NCBI GenBank assembly: GCA_041942055.1
Contig: CP145874.1
Span: 60,001-92,000, forward strand
Length of the DNA: 32,000 nt
From: Candidatus Saccharimonadota bacterium
GTDB lineage: Bacteria; Pseudomonadota; Gammaproteobacteria; Enterobacterales; Enterobacteriaceae
Reading direction: 5' to 3'
Shown: piece after piece, positions 1 to 10,265 of the stretch
Numbering within the stretch: position 1 is the first letter of the stretch
Layout: every line of letters begins with the position of its first letter
Position numbers and translations under genes: made by a program
Notes under the pieces: model-generated
What the model saw: only the letters and a program-made list of their open reading frames with translations
Databases searched by the model: none
Told to the model about the DNA's origin: nothing

Positions 1-117
1 GAATTATTACAAGTTATCAAAAATACGCATCCATATCAAATACCCGAAATATTAGTTTTACCTATAATACATGGTAATGAACAATATCTATCATGGATAT
101 CTCAATCATTAATCTAA
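1..117 (+). CDS. cutA: Divalent-cation tolerance protein CutA, 3' fragment running off the window edge
   Basis: Frame-1 translation ELLQVIKNTHPYQIPEILVLPIIHGNEQYLSWISQSLI* matches the conserved CutA C-terminus (HPYQ.PE.LVLP..HG...YLSW motif, recalled from E. coli CutA). The adjacent tRNA-Phe fits the E. coli cutA-dsbD-yjdC-pheU neighbourhood. Confidence 0.7.
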   Translation, partial: ELLQVIKNTHPYQIPEILVLPIIHGNEQYLSWISQSLI

Positions 118-145
118 TCACTAATAACAGTTGTTGTGAAAAATT

Positions 146-221
146 GCCTGGATAGCTCAGTTGGTAGAGCAAGGGACTGAAAATCCCTGTGTCGGTGGTT
201 CAATTCCACCTCCAGGCACCA
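146..221 (+). tRNA. pheU: tRNA-Phe (anticodon GAA), CCA encoded
   Basis: It folds as a cloverleaf: acceptor GCCTGGA/TCCAGGC, anticodon stem AGGGA/TCCCT with loop CTGAAAA, T-loop GGTTCAATTCC, terminal ACCA. It is near-identical to E. coli tRNA-Phe. Confidence 0.95.
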
Positions 222-281
222 TAAATTTTATTACTTATAATAAGGCACTCTAATAGATTTAAAAAAAAATCAATCAGATAC

Positions 282-734
282 ATGTTGGTTTATTCAATGG
301 TGTGTAAGAATATTGTGAAATTAACTAAATATAAAAGGCGTCGTGCACGTGAATATGTCCTCCAAGCACTTTATGCTTGGCAGTTATCTGGTAATGACAT
401 AGCTGACATTGAGTCTCAGTTATTCTTTCAACCGGATACTAAACAAATAGACATACTATATTTTACTGAATTATTAAGAGGTGTTATAACTTATAAAAAA
501 GATTTAGATCTAATAATCGAACAAAATATTAGTAGAAAATTAGATAAAATAGGACCAATAGAAAAATCTATTTTACGATTATCTTTATTTGAATTAATTC
601 AATTTCATAACATACCGTATAAAGTAATAATCAATGAAGGAATAGAATTAGCAAAAACATTTGGGGCAGAAGAGAGTTATAAATTTATTAATGCTGTATT
701 AGATAATGCTACTATAAAAATACGTCCTAAATAA
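282..734 (+). CDS. nusB: Transcription antitermination factor NusB
   Basis: The ORF contains RRRAREYVLQALYAWQLSGNDIADIE and PYKVIINEGIELAKTFGAEESYKFINAVLD, collinear with E. coli NusB. The start is uncertain: ATG 282, ATG 297, or GTG 315, which gives the E. coli-like N-terminal length. Confidence 0.9.
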   Translation: MLVYSMVCKNIVKLTKYKRRRAREYVLQALYAWQLSGNDIADIESQLFFQPDTKQIDILYFTELLRGVITYKKDLDLIIEQNISRKLDKIGPIEKSILRLSLFELIQFHNIPYKVIINEGIELAKTFGAEESYKFINAVLDNATIKIRPK

Positions 735-922
735 TCATGTTAGGTTTTCTTCTAATTCTCAAATAAACCTTTAGGCCATGGTTGAGTTTGGTTTAACTTT
801 CATATCATTCTTGTTCATCGCTTTATTTATCTTTTTATATAGGAATACTTATTATTAGAATGAATGACTTGGTCTACCCAAAGTAAAAAATTCAAATCGC
901 TAGCTACTAACTTAACTAATCA

Positions 923-1429
923 ATGAAAATCAGTTTAATTGCAGCAATCGCCAATAATAATGTGATTGGAAGAAATAATACCATTCCTTGGCATTTACCA
1001 GCAGACTTAAATTGGTTTAAAAAACATACTTTTAACAAACCAGTCCTTATGGGACGTTATACATGGCAATCCTTAAAAAAACCCTTATTAGGAAGGCATA
1101 ATATTGTAGTTAGCAAATCTATTACTAACAACTATACTACTGATTATCATATTAGTTTAGTACCCTCAATAGAATTAGCCATAGATTTAGCATTAAAGTT
1201 GGATTTTAAAGAAATTATGGTAATAGGAGGAGAAAATATATATCGACAAATGATAAACTATGCTGACAGTATTTATCTTACATATATTGATCTAGAAGTT
1301 GAAGGAGACACTTATTTTCCAATTTATTCTAGCAAAGAATGGATTTCTATATTTCAAGAATTTCATTCGGTAGATGATAAAAATCATTATAGTTATTATT
1401 TTGAAATTCTTAATCGTATAAAAAAGTAA
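923..1429 (+). CDS. folA: Dihydrofolate reductase
   Basis: 168 aa. MKISLIAAIANNNVIGRNNTIPWHLPADLNWFKKHT...MVIGGENIY...LTYIDLEVEGDTYFP is collinear with E. coli DHFR. Confidence 0.95.
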   Translation: MKISLIAAIANNNVIGRNNTIPWHLPADLNWFKKHTFNKPVLMGRYTWQSLKKPLLGRHNIVVSKSITNNYTTDYHISLVPSIELAIDLALKLDFKEIMVIGGENIYRQMINYADSIYLTYIDLEVEGDTYFPIYSSKEWISIFQEFHSVDDKNHYSYYFEILNRIKK

Positions 1430-1436
1430 ATTGATA

Positions 1437-1509
1437 CTCCCCTGACTGGACTCGAACCAGTGACATACGGATTAACAGTCCGTCGTTCTACCAACTGAAC
1501 TACAGAGGA
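1437..1509 (-). tRNA. tRNA-Asn (anticodon GUU), no encoded CCA
   Basis: The reverse complement TCCTCTGTAGTTCAGTTGGTAGAACGACGGACTGTTAATCCGTATGTCACTGGTTCGAGTCCAGTCAGGGGAG is near-identical to E. coli tRNA-Asn. Discriminator G is followed by TAT, not CCA. Confidence 0.95.
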
Positions 1510-1517
1510 AAATTACT

Positions 1518-1546
1518 ATTTTAAAAAATCCTCTTTCTATTGTCAA
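1518..1546 (-). promoter_or_regulatory. Candidate sigma70 promoter for tRNA-Asn (TTGACA-N17-TAAAAT)
   Basis: The minus strand reads TTGACA atagaaagaggattttt TAAAAT agtaattt followed by the tRNA 5' end. The -35 is a perfect match, the spacer is 17 nt, and the -10 matches 5 of 6. The predicted start lies 1-2 nt upstream of the mature tRNA 5' end. Confidence 0.45.
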
Positions 1547-1553
1547 TTACTAA

Positions 1554-2948
1554 TTAAATTTTAGCATTACGTGGTGTACGTGGAAATGGGACAGTGTCTT
1601 TAATATTTTGGATTCCAGTTACATAGGCTATTAATCGTTCGAAACCTAGACCAAATCCTGAATGGGGTACAGTTCCATAACGACGTAAATCACGATACCA
1701 CCAATATTCTTCTGTTTTGATTCCTTTTTCACACATCTTTTGGTCCAGAACATTTAACCGTTCTTCACGCTGTGAACCACCAATAATTTCTCCTATCCCA
1801 GGAACTAGAATATCTAAAGAGGCTACAGTTTTATTATCATCATTAAGACGCATATAAAATGGTTTTATATCTTTTGGATAATTTATTACTCCTAGTGGAC
1901 ACTTAAAATATTGTTCTGCTAAATAACGTTCATGTTCTGATGATAAATCTATTCCCCAAAAAACTTGGTTTTTAAACTTTTTATTACTTGATAAAAGTAT
2001 TTGTATAGCATCATTATAATCTATGATAGCTAATTTTTTGACGGTTAATTCTTCTAAACGAGTAATAATATGTTGGTTGAACTGAGTAAAAAAATTAAGA
2101 TCCTCAAATCTTTCAATTAATACATTTTTAATAATATTAATTAGCATTTGTTCTGCTAAACAAGTAATGTCATTTAATGTAGCAAATGCTACTTCAGGCT
2201 CAACCATCCAAAATTCTGCTAAATGACGGCTAGTATTAGAGTTTTCTGCACGAAAAGTTGGTCCAAAAGTATATACTTTCGATAATGCGCAAGCATAGGA
2301 TTCGCAATTCAATTGTCCTGTTCCAGTTAAAAAGGTTGCTTTAGCGAAAAAATCTCTAGTAAAATCTACTTGACCTTGATTATTCAAAGGTAATGATTCT
2401 AAATCCAAATTAGATACACGAAACATTTCCCCCATTCCTTCAGTGTCATAAGTAGTAATAATAGGAGTTGCAATCCATAAATAACCGTTATCATGAAAAA
2501 AACGATGGATAGCTTGTGCTAATGTATGACGAATACGCGACATAGCACCAATGAATTTGGTACGTGGACGTAAATGACAAACTTCTCGTAAATGTTCTCG
2601 GGAATGATGTTTTGCAGTAATGGGATATGTATTAGGATCTTCAATCCAACCAACTACCTTTATTAAAGTAATAGCTATTTCCAAATCTTGTTCTTTTCCT
2701 GATGAAATTATAAGTTTTCCTGTAACTATTACCGAACATCCAGTAGATAAATGCAATATTTCTTGATAATTAGGCAAAGAATGTTCAGCAACTGCTTGAA
2801 TAGTATTCAAGCATGAACCATCAGATATTGCAATAAATGACACACCCGATTTTGAAGATCTTTTAGTACGTACCCAACCTTTTAAAGTAACAATACTATT
2901 AACTTGGATACGATGTTGTAAAATATCTACCACAGAAACTTCATACAT
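1554..2948 (-). CDS. asnS: Asparaginyl-tRNA synthetase
   Basis: 464 aa (E. coli 466). It is a full-length class II aaRS match with motifs [21 protein letters not shown] and [15 protein letters not shown]. Confidence 0.97.
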   Translation of the reverse strand: MYEVSVVDILQHRIQVNSIVTLKGWVRTKRSSKSGVSFIAISDGSCLNTIQAVAEHSLPNYQEILHLSTGCSVIVTGKLIISSGKEQDLEIAITLIKVVGWIEDPNTYPITAKHHSREHLREVCHLRPRTKFIGAMSRIRHTLAQAIHRFFHDNGYLWIATPIITTYDTEGMGEMFRVSNLDLESLPLNNQGQVDFTRDFFAKATFLTGTGQLNCESYACALSKVYTFGPTFRAENSNTSRHLAEFWMVEPEVAFATLNDITCLAEQMLINIIKNVLIERFEDLNFFTQFNQHIITRLEELTVKKLAIIDYNDAIQILLSSNKKFKNQVFWGIDLSSEHERYLAEQYFKCPLGVINYPKDIKPFYMRLNDDNKTVASLDILVPGIGEIIGGSQREERLNVLDQKMCEKGIKTEEYWWYRDLRRYGTVPHSGFGLGFERLIAYVTGIQNIKDTVPFPRTPRNAKI

Positions 2949-3032
2949 AAATATTTCTCAAAGATGAAATTAACAAAAACAATTCGTACATTTTATTGAT
3001 ATCTATTTTTTAACTTAAGGAGTAAATTATAA

Positions 3033-4034
3033 ATGTTATATAATCTAATTCGCAACATTTTATTTAAAATAGATCCTGAATTGGTACATGAAAAAATTTG
3101 TAAACACATGAAGTTAATTACATTATTTGAGCAATTTACTTCAGATATTATATCTAAACCTGTTAATTGTATGGGAATCCATTTTAAAAATCCACTAGGA
3201 CTTGCAGCTGGATTAGATAAAAATGGTGAGTTTATTAATAGTCTAGCATTAATGGGTTTTGGTTATATAGAAATTGGTACAGTTACTCCCAAGGCACAAT
3301 TTGGTAATAAAAAACCCCGCCTTTTTCGTATTAGGGAAGCTGAAGCATTTATTAACCGTATGGGTTTTAATAATCAAGGAGTTGATAAATTAATTGAAAA
3401 TGTTAAAAAAGCACAATTTAAAGGTATTTTAGGAATTAATATTAGTAAAAATCAAGATACTTCTATAGAGCTTAGTAAAGAAGATTTTTTAATTTGTATG
3501 AAGAAAATTTATCAATATGCTAGTTATATCACAATTAATCTTTCTTCTCCTAATACTCCAAAGTTACGTATTTTACAATACGGTGAACTTTTAGAAGATC
3601 TCTTAAAAAATCTTAAACAAGAACAACAATTACTCACCCAAAAATATCATAAATATATTCCTTTGATCCTAAAAATATCTCCTGATATATCAGAATCAGA
3701 ATTAATTCAAATTGCAGATACTTTAGTACGTTATAATATTGATGGTATTATAGCTACTAATACCACACTAGATCACACTTTAATAAAAGGTTTTAAATAT
3801 TGTGAACAAATAGGAGGCTTAAGTGGAATTCCACTGCAATCTCGTAGTACTAACATAATTAGACTTTTAACCAAAGAATTACGAGGACGTATACCTATTA
3901 TAGGTGTGGGAGGTATTAATAGTATAATTTCTGCTCGTGAAAAACTAGCGGCAGGAGCCACCTTATTACAAATTTATTCGGGATTAATATATAAAGGACC
4001 ATCTTTATTAAAAGAAATATTAATGAATATTTAA
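3033..4034 (+). CDS. pyrD: Dihydroorotate dehydrogenase (quinone), class 2
   Basis: 333 aa. Motifs [30 protein letters not shown] and GVGGI are collinear with E. coli PyrD. An AAGGAG Shine-Dalgarno sequence lies upstream. Confidence 0.95.
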   Translation: MLYNLIRNILFKIDPELVHEKICKHMKLITLFEQFTSDIISKPVNCMGIHFKNPLGLAAGLDKNGEFINSLALMGFGYIEIGTVTPKAQFGNKKPRLFRIREAEAFINRMGFNNQGVDKLIENVKKAQFKGILGINISKNQDTSIELSKEDFLICMKKIYQYASYITINLSSPNTPKLRILQYGELLEDLLKNLKQEQQLLTQKYHKYIPLILKISPDISESELIQIADTLVRYNIDGIIATNTTLDHTLIKGFKYCEQIGGLSGIPLQSRSTNIIRLLTKELRGRIPIIGVGGINSIISAREKLAAGATLLQIYSGLIYKGPSLLKEILMNI

Positions 4035-4047
4035 GTAAATTATTCAA

Positions 4048-4299
4048 TCACGCTAATTCAATATCACTAGTAGGTATTGAACAACAGGAAAGAATAAATC
4101 CATTAATAGATATTGGGGATTTTTTTATATTTCCTTTTATTAGTCGTAGTTTACATGCACCACATATTCCAGCTCTACAAAAATAAGGAATAATCAAGTG
4201 TTGTTCTTCAAGCTGTTCAATTAAAACTTGTTTAGTATTTCCACAAAAAATTTTGCCTTGATACGATACTTTAATCATAGTACTATTTTTTTTTGACAT
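4048..4299 (-). CDS. Small stand-alone plant-type 2Fe-2S ferredoxin (YcbX C-terminal-domain-like / YfaE-like)
   Basis: It carries the CRAGICGACK (C-x4-C-x2-C) motif plus a downstream CC pair (ILSCCSIP), and the ending DIELA is typical of these ferredoxins. The start is uncertain: the track start at 4314 is TTG, and ATGs lie at 4299 and 4278. Its position, convergent on pyrD, matches E. coli ycbX. Confidence 0.7.
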   Translation of the reverse strand: MSKKNSTMIKVSYQGKIFCGNTKQVLIEQLEEQHLIIPYFCRAGICGACKLRLIKGNIKKSPISINGFILSCCSIPTSDIELA

Positions 4300-4322
4300 A
4301 TAACATAATGTCAAATTAGTTT

Positions 4323-4331
4323 TGATATAAT
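4323..4331 (+). promoter_or_regulatory. Candidate extended -10 promoter element for nfo (TGATATAAT)
   Basis: TG-n-TATAAT is a perfect match and ends 33 nt upstream of the nfo ATG. There is no good -35. AT-rich background makes chance matches plausible. Confidence 0.35.
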
Positions 4332-4363
4332 TTATTTTTATTAACTTAAATAAAAATCATCTT

Positions 4364-5218
4364 ATGAAATATATTGGAGCCCATGTTAGCACGTCTGGAG
4401 GCATTGAACAAGCAGTATTACGTGCTAATGAGTTACATGCTACTGCGTTTTCCATTTTTGTAAAGAATCAACGACAGTGGAATACTATTCCTTTAAGTGA
4501 TTATGAAATTAACCGTTTTCGTAGTTTATGTAAACAATATCACTTTACATCTAAACAAATTATATCTCATAGTAGTTATTTAATTAATCTAGGTCATCCT
4601 ATTAATAAATTACGAGAAAAATCTCGTTTAGCTTTTATAGATGAAATGCGACGGTGTAATAAACTAGGTATTAAATTGTTAAATTTTCATCCTGGTAGTC
4701 ATCTAAATATGATAGATGAGGATACATGTTTAACAAATATTATAGAATCAATTAATCTTGTATTACAAGAAACACATGATGTAATTGCAGTAATTGAAAA
4801 TACCGCAGGTCAAGGAACTAATTTAGGTTTTTTATTCGAACATCTAGCTAAAATTATTAATTCAGTAGAAGACAAATCACGTATTGGTGTTTGTTTCGAT
4901 ACTTGTCATGCATTTGCAGCGGGTTATAATTTTTGTACTCAAGAATTATATCAAAAAACTTTTATAGAATTTGACCAAATTATTGGTTTTAAATATTTAT
5001 GTGCAATGCATCTAAATGATTCAAAAAGGATTTTAAATAGTCGTATTGATCGTCATCATTCCCTAGGATTAGGAAAAATCGGAAAAGAGGTTTTCAAATG
5101 GATCATGAATGATCAACGTTTTAATGATATTCCTATCATTATTGAAACAATTAATCCTCTTATATGGAAAGATGAAATTGCATGGTTAAAAGGTCAACAA
5201 TTTTCAAATGAAACTTAA
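4364..5218 (+). CDS. nfo: Endonuclease IV (AP endonuclease)
   Basis: 284 aa (E. coli 285). [13 protein letters not shown]...NFHPGSH...IENTAGQG...[12 protein letters not shown]...MHLNDS is collinear with Nfo. Confidence 0.95.
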   Translation: MKYIGAHVSTSGGIEQAVLRANELHATAFSIFVKNQRQWNTIPLSDYEINRFRSLCKQYHFTSKQIISHSSYLINLGHPINKLREKSRLAFIDEMRRCNKLGIKLLNFHPGSHLNMIDEDTCLTNIIESINLVLQETHDVIAVIENTAGQGTNLGFLFEHLAKIINSVEDKSRIGVCFDTCHAFAAGYNFCTQELYQKTFIEFDQIIGFKYLCAMHLNDSKRILNSRIDRHHSLGLGKIGKEVFKWIMNDQRFNDIPIIIETINPLIWKDEIAWLKGQQFSNET

Positions 5219-5274
5219 GGTATTTGTATTATATTAAGTAATTGATTGCATTTCATTCAATAATAGGAATTTTT

Positions 5275-5562
5275 ATGATAACAATTCATGCAGTAAAGCA
5301 TAATGAGCATGGTAAGAGTGCAAATAGACGTTTACGGGCATCAAATTTATTACCTGCTGTGATTTATGGTGGTAAAATAGAAGCTATTTCGATTATTTTA
5401 GATCTTCATAAACTCACCAAATTACAAAGTCAAAAAGAATTTTATAATAAACCTCTAACTATAATTATTGATGGTCAGGAAAATCATGTAAAAATCCAAG
5501 AAATCCAGTATCATCCTTTTAAACCAAAAATACTTCATGTGGATTTCATACGAATAGTTTAA
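5275..5562 (+). CDS. rplY: 50S ribosomal protein L25
   Basis: MITIHAVKHNEHGKSANRRLRASNLLPAVIYGG... aligns from residue 1 with E. coli L25. An AGGA motif lies 7 nt upstream of ATG 5275. The track start at 5242 is a TTG extension. Confidence 0.9.
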   Translation: MITIHAVKHNEHGKSANRRLRASNLLPAVIYGGKIEAISIILDLHKLTKLQSQKEFYNKPLTIIIDGQENHVKIQEIQYHPFKPKILHVDFIRIV

Positions 5563-5568
5563 AAATTA

Positions 5569-5642
5569 CGGCACGTAGCGCAGCTTGGTAGCGCACTGTC
5601 ATGGGGTGTCAGTGGTCAGAGGTTCAAATCCTCTCGTGCCGA
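5569..5642 (+). tRNA. proL: tRNA-Pro (anticodon GGG), no encoded CCA
   Basis: CGGCACGTAGCGCAGCTTGGTAGCGCACTGTCATGGGGTGTCAGTGGTCAGAGGTTCAAATCCTCTCGTGCCGA is near-identical to E. coli proL. It has a compensatory C:G to T:A change in the anticodon stem. Discriminator A is followed by TAA. Confidence 0.95.
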
Positions 5643-5659
5643 TAAATTAATTAAAATAG

Positions 5660-7016
<1,357 letters not shown>

Positions 7017-7067
7017 ATTTATAATTAAGATTAGTTGACCTTTTTTAAAAATCCAAACTAACCTAGT

Positions 7068-9023
7068 ATGTTAAAAACTAAATTTCATAGAGTCTCAAAA
7101 TTATTGGAAGGTAAAGTCATTGCTCATCGAGATGGTTATGGTTTTTTAAGAGTAGAAGGATACGAAAAAGATTTTTATCTATCATCTGAACAAATGAAAT
7201 TCTGTATCCATGATGATACCATTTTAGCAAAAATTATTACCAACCAATATAAAGAACGAAAAAACGCTAGCTTCGTAAGTTTAACCAAACCAAGAAACAA
7301 TATTATTGTTGGGTATTATTTTAGAAGAAATAAAACCGGTCATAATTTTGTCAAACCTTATGATAATCGATTAAATTTTAAAATTATTATTTATTCATCC
7401 GCCAAGTATGAAAAACTTAAAAATGGTTGTATTGTAAGAGTTAAATTATTACGTCCAAAAAACCAACCAATCAATGGAAAAATTATACAAATACTTGGAA
7501 ATCAAATGAGTCTTAGAATAGCTATTCTTATAGCATTACATAGTAATAATATACCATATGAATGGTCTCCAACTGTAAAAAAAGAAATAAACCAAGTAGC
7601 ATCTTCCATCCAATTAAAAACTCATACGCGAGTTGATTTACGTGCGTTACCATTTGTAACTATTGATAATGAAGATGCTAAAGATTTTGATGATGCAGTT
7701 TATTGTGAAAAAATACCCGGAGGTAAATGGAAATTACTAGTTGCCATAGCTGATGTAAGTTACTATGTAAAACCCTTTACTGCTATAGACAAAGAAGCTT
7801 GTAATCGTGCAACTTCTATTTATTTTCCATTCAATGTCATTCCAATGTTACCGGAAATATTATCTAATGATTTGTGCTCTCTTATTCCTAATAAAGATAG
7901 ATTATGTTTAACATGTGAAATGATTGTTTCTCCAAACGGTAGGTTATTATCTCATAATCATTATGAGGCCATAATATGTTCTAAAGCACAATTAACTTAT
8001 AATATAGTTTGGGAAATTTTAAAAAATAATAAAAAGTTACATTTGCAGTATAAATACTTATTAAAACCTTTAAACAACTTATATAAGATATATCATGTAT
8101 TAAAAAAAGCCAGCAAAGAACGCGGTTGTATTTCATTTGAAATGCAAGAAGCTAAATTCATACTAAATTCTAAACAATATATTGACAGAATTGAACCAAT
8201 TATTCGTAATGATGCACACAAAATAATAGAAGAGTGTATGATATTAGCTAATATTGCTTCAGCTCAGTTAGTGGAAAAATATCAAGAACCAGTTTTATTT
8301 CGTGATCACGATCGTCCAAATAACACTAGTATAAGTAAGTTTACTTCTTTTCTTTATGAAAGAGGGTTATTTATTAGAGGGGGTAAAAAACCCCAATCCA
8401 AAAATTATTCAGATTTATTGATATACGTTATGAATCGTCCAGACCGTGAAATATTACAAAAAATTATGCTACAATCTATGCAGCAAGCGGTTTATGCTGT
8501 AGATAATAGAGGACATTTTGGATTAGGTTTAAATAAATATACCCATTTTACTTCACCTATTCGACGTTATCCCGATCTATTATTACATAGAGTAATAAAA
8601 TATATTTTGCATAAAATAAAAGGAATTAATAATAAGAGTTATTATCATTATAGTGTTAAGCAAATGATACAATTAGGTAAACATTGTTCATTAGCTGAAC
8701 GAAGAGCAGATGAAGCTAGGCGAAATGTAGAGGATTGGTTAAAATGTGAGTTTATGAAAAATAAAATTGGTAATATTTATATTGGAAATATTGTTCTTAT
8801 TACCTCTTTTGGTTTTTTTGTCAAATTAAAAGAATATTTAATTGAAGGTTTGGTACATATTTCTACTTTAAAGGATGATAAATATAACTTTAATGCTATA
8901 AATCAAAAATTAATTGGACATATTAAAGGAAATACATATTGTCTTCATGATATTGTTAGGGTAAAAATATTAGCAGTTAATATAGAAGAACGAAGAATCA
9001 ATTTTAGCTTGGTTCAAAATTAA
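7068..9023 (+). CDS. rnr: Ribonuclease R (shortened form)
   Basis: 651 aa. It has cold-shock-like HRDGYGFLRVEG, the RNB core (TIDNEDAKDFDDAVY...HFGL...YTHFTSPIRRYPDLLLHR) and a C-terminal S1 domain ending RINFSLVQN. The position after purA and before rlmB matches E. coli. Confidence 0.9.
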   Translation: MLKTKFHRVSKLLEGKVIAHRDGYGFLRVEGYEKDFYLSSEQMKFCIHDDTILAKIITNQYKERKNASFVSLTKPRNNIIVGYYFRRNKTGHNFVKPYDNRLNFKIIIYSSAKYEKLKNGCIVRVKLLRPKNQPINGKIIQILGNQMSLRIAILIALHSNNIPYEWSPTVKKEINQVASSIQLKTHTRVDLRALPFVTIDNEDAKDFDDAVYCEKIPGGKWKLLVAIADVSYYVKPFTAIDKEACNRATSIYFPFNVIPMLPEILSNDLCSLIPNKDRLCLTCEMIVSPNGRLLSHNHYEAIICSKAQLTYNIVWEILKNNKKLHLQYKYLLKPLNNLYKIYHVLKKASKERGCISFEMQEAKFILNSKQYIDRIEPIIRNDAHKIIEECMILANIASAQLVEKYQEPVLFRDHDRPNNTSISKFTSFLYERGLFIRGGKKPQSKNYSDLLIYVMNRPDREILQKIMLQSMQQAVYAVDNRGHFGLGLNKYTHFTSPIRRYPDLLLHRVIKYILHKIKGINNKSYYHYSVKQMIQLGKHCSLAERRADEARRNVEDWLKCEFMKNKIGNIYIGNIVLITSFGFFVKLKEYLIEGLVHISTLKDDKYNFNAINQKLIGHIKGNTYCLHDIVRVKILAVNIEERRINFSLVQN

Positions 9024-9040
9024 TTAAATAACATATATAT

Positions 9041-9796
9041 ATGAACGAATTTATTTTTGGAATTCATACAATTCATTCTCTTTTACAATTCCATCCAGAA
9101 AGATGTAAAACAATCTATATTACTAATTATTTGCAAAATGCACGTTTAAAGTTAATTTTAAAAATTATAAAAAACCAAGGAATTTTAATAAAACTAGTCT
9201 CAGAAAAATGGCTAGATTTAAAATCTAAAGGAGGAGTACACCAAGGTATTATAGCAAAAATATCATACACCCCATTACTTGGTGAAAAAAATCTAGTAAA
9301 ATTTCTAGAATCTAAAACCAAACCTGACCCTCTATTATTGATTTTAGATTGCATAAAAGATCCCCATAATTTAGGGGCTTGCATACGTAGCGCTTATGCA
9401 GCAGGTGTAGATGCAGTAATTTTACCAAAAAATCGATCGGCCAAAATTAATAATGCAGTAGTAAAAAAAGTAGCTTCTGGAGCAGTAGAAAATATAACTA
9501 TATTTACAGTTATTAATATTTCGCGTACTATTCAAATCCTTCAGAAATATAATATAAAAATTATAGGTACCAGTGAGACAGCTAACCATAATCTTTTTGA
9601 CAGCTCAATGACAGGGGCTTTAGCTATAGTTATGGGATCAGAAGAAAAAGGATTAAGGAATCTAACACGTAAATATTGTGATGATTTAATTAATATACCT
9701 ATGTTACGTAATTTTTCATCACTAAATGTTTCGGTAGCGACAGCTATTTGTCTGTTTGAAACGATAAGACAACGTCTTTTTAACAAAACACTGTAA
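9041..9796 (+). CDS. rlmB: 23S rRNA (Gm2251) 2'-O-methyltransferase RlmB (SpoU family)
   Basis: 251 aa. GIHTIHSLL, VHQGIIA, DPHNLGACIRSAYAAGVDAVILP, MGSEEKGLRNLTRKYCD and SLNVSVATAICLFE are collinear with E. coli RlmB. Confidence 0.88.
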   Translation: MNEFIFGIHTIHSLLQFHPERCKTIYITNYLQNARLKLILKIIKNQGILIKLVSEKWLDLKSKGGVHQGIIAKISYTPLLGEKNLVKFLESKTKPDPLLLILDCIKDPHNLGACIRSAYAAGVDAVILPKNRSAKINNAVVKKVASGAVENITIFTVINISRTIQILQKYNIKIIGTSETANHNLFDSSMTGALAIVMGSEEKGLRNLTRKYCDDLINIPMLRNFSSLNVSVATAICLFETIRQRLFNKTL

Positions 9797-9878
9797 TTTA
9801 TTGTTAAAATATATTAATATATATACTGAGATAAATTTTATTTATTAAGTTTTAATATGTGAGGAGTGGAATAGTTTA

Positions 9879-10241
9879 ATGCATCATTACGAGATCATTT
9901 TTATGGTTCATCCAGACTCTAGTGAAAAAGTCTCAGAAATAATCAAATTATTTACTAATATTATAAAAGAAAATAATGGAATCATTCATCGTTTAGAAGA
10001 TTGGGGACGACGTCAATTATCATATTCAATTAATCATTTACATAAAGCTCATTATGTTTTGATGAATATACAAGCTTCGAACAAAACGATTGATGAAATA
10101 AATCATCAATTGCATTATAATAATGCTATTATTAGAAATATTATTATTCGAGTAAAAAATGCAATTACTGAATTATCTCCAATAATGAAATTATTAAACC
10201 AAATAAAAAATGATAAAATCGAAGAACAATCACATACATAA
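9879..10241 (+). CDS. rpsF: 30S ribosomal protein S6
   Basis: [13 protein letters not shown]...[27 protein letters not shown] aligns with E. coli S6. A GAGGAG motif lies upstream. Confidence 0.95.
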   Translation: MHHYEIIFMVHPDSSEKVSEIIKLFTNIIKENNGIIHRLEDWGRRQLSYSINHLHKAHYVLMNIQASNKTIDEINHQLHYNNAIIRNIIIRVKNAITELSPIMKLLNQIKNDKIEEQSHT

Positions 10242-10265
10242 CCAAAATTAGGTAGATGAATTATC

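Noticed and set aside
236-241. Perfect TATAAT hexamer between tRNA-Phe and nusB, considered as the nusB promoter
   Set aside because: The corresponding -35 position falls inside the tRNA 3' end and matches poorly (CAGGCA). TATAAT-like hexamers are frequent in this composition, so this is not reportable as a feature without TSS data.
863-925. 20-codon ORF MTWSTQSKKFKSLATNLTNQ ending in an ATGA overlap with the folA start, considered as a possible leader peptide
   Set aside because: It has no Shine-Dalgarno sequence, no regulatory codon pattern and no associated attenuator structure. Short ORFs of this size are expected by chance.
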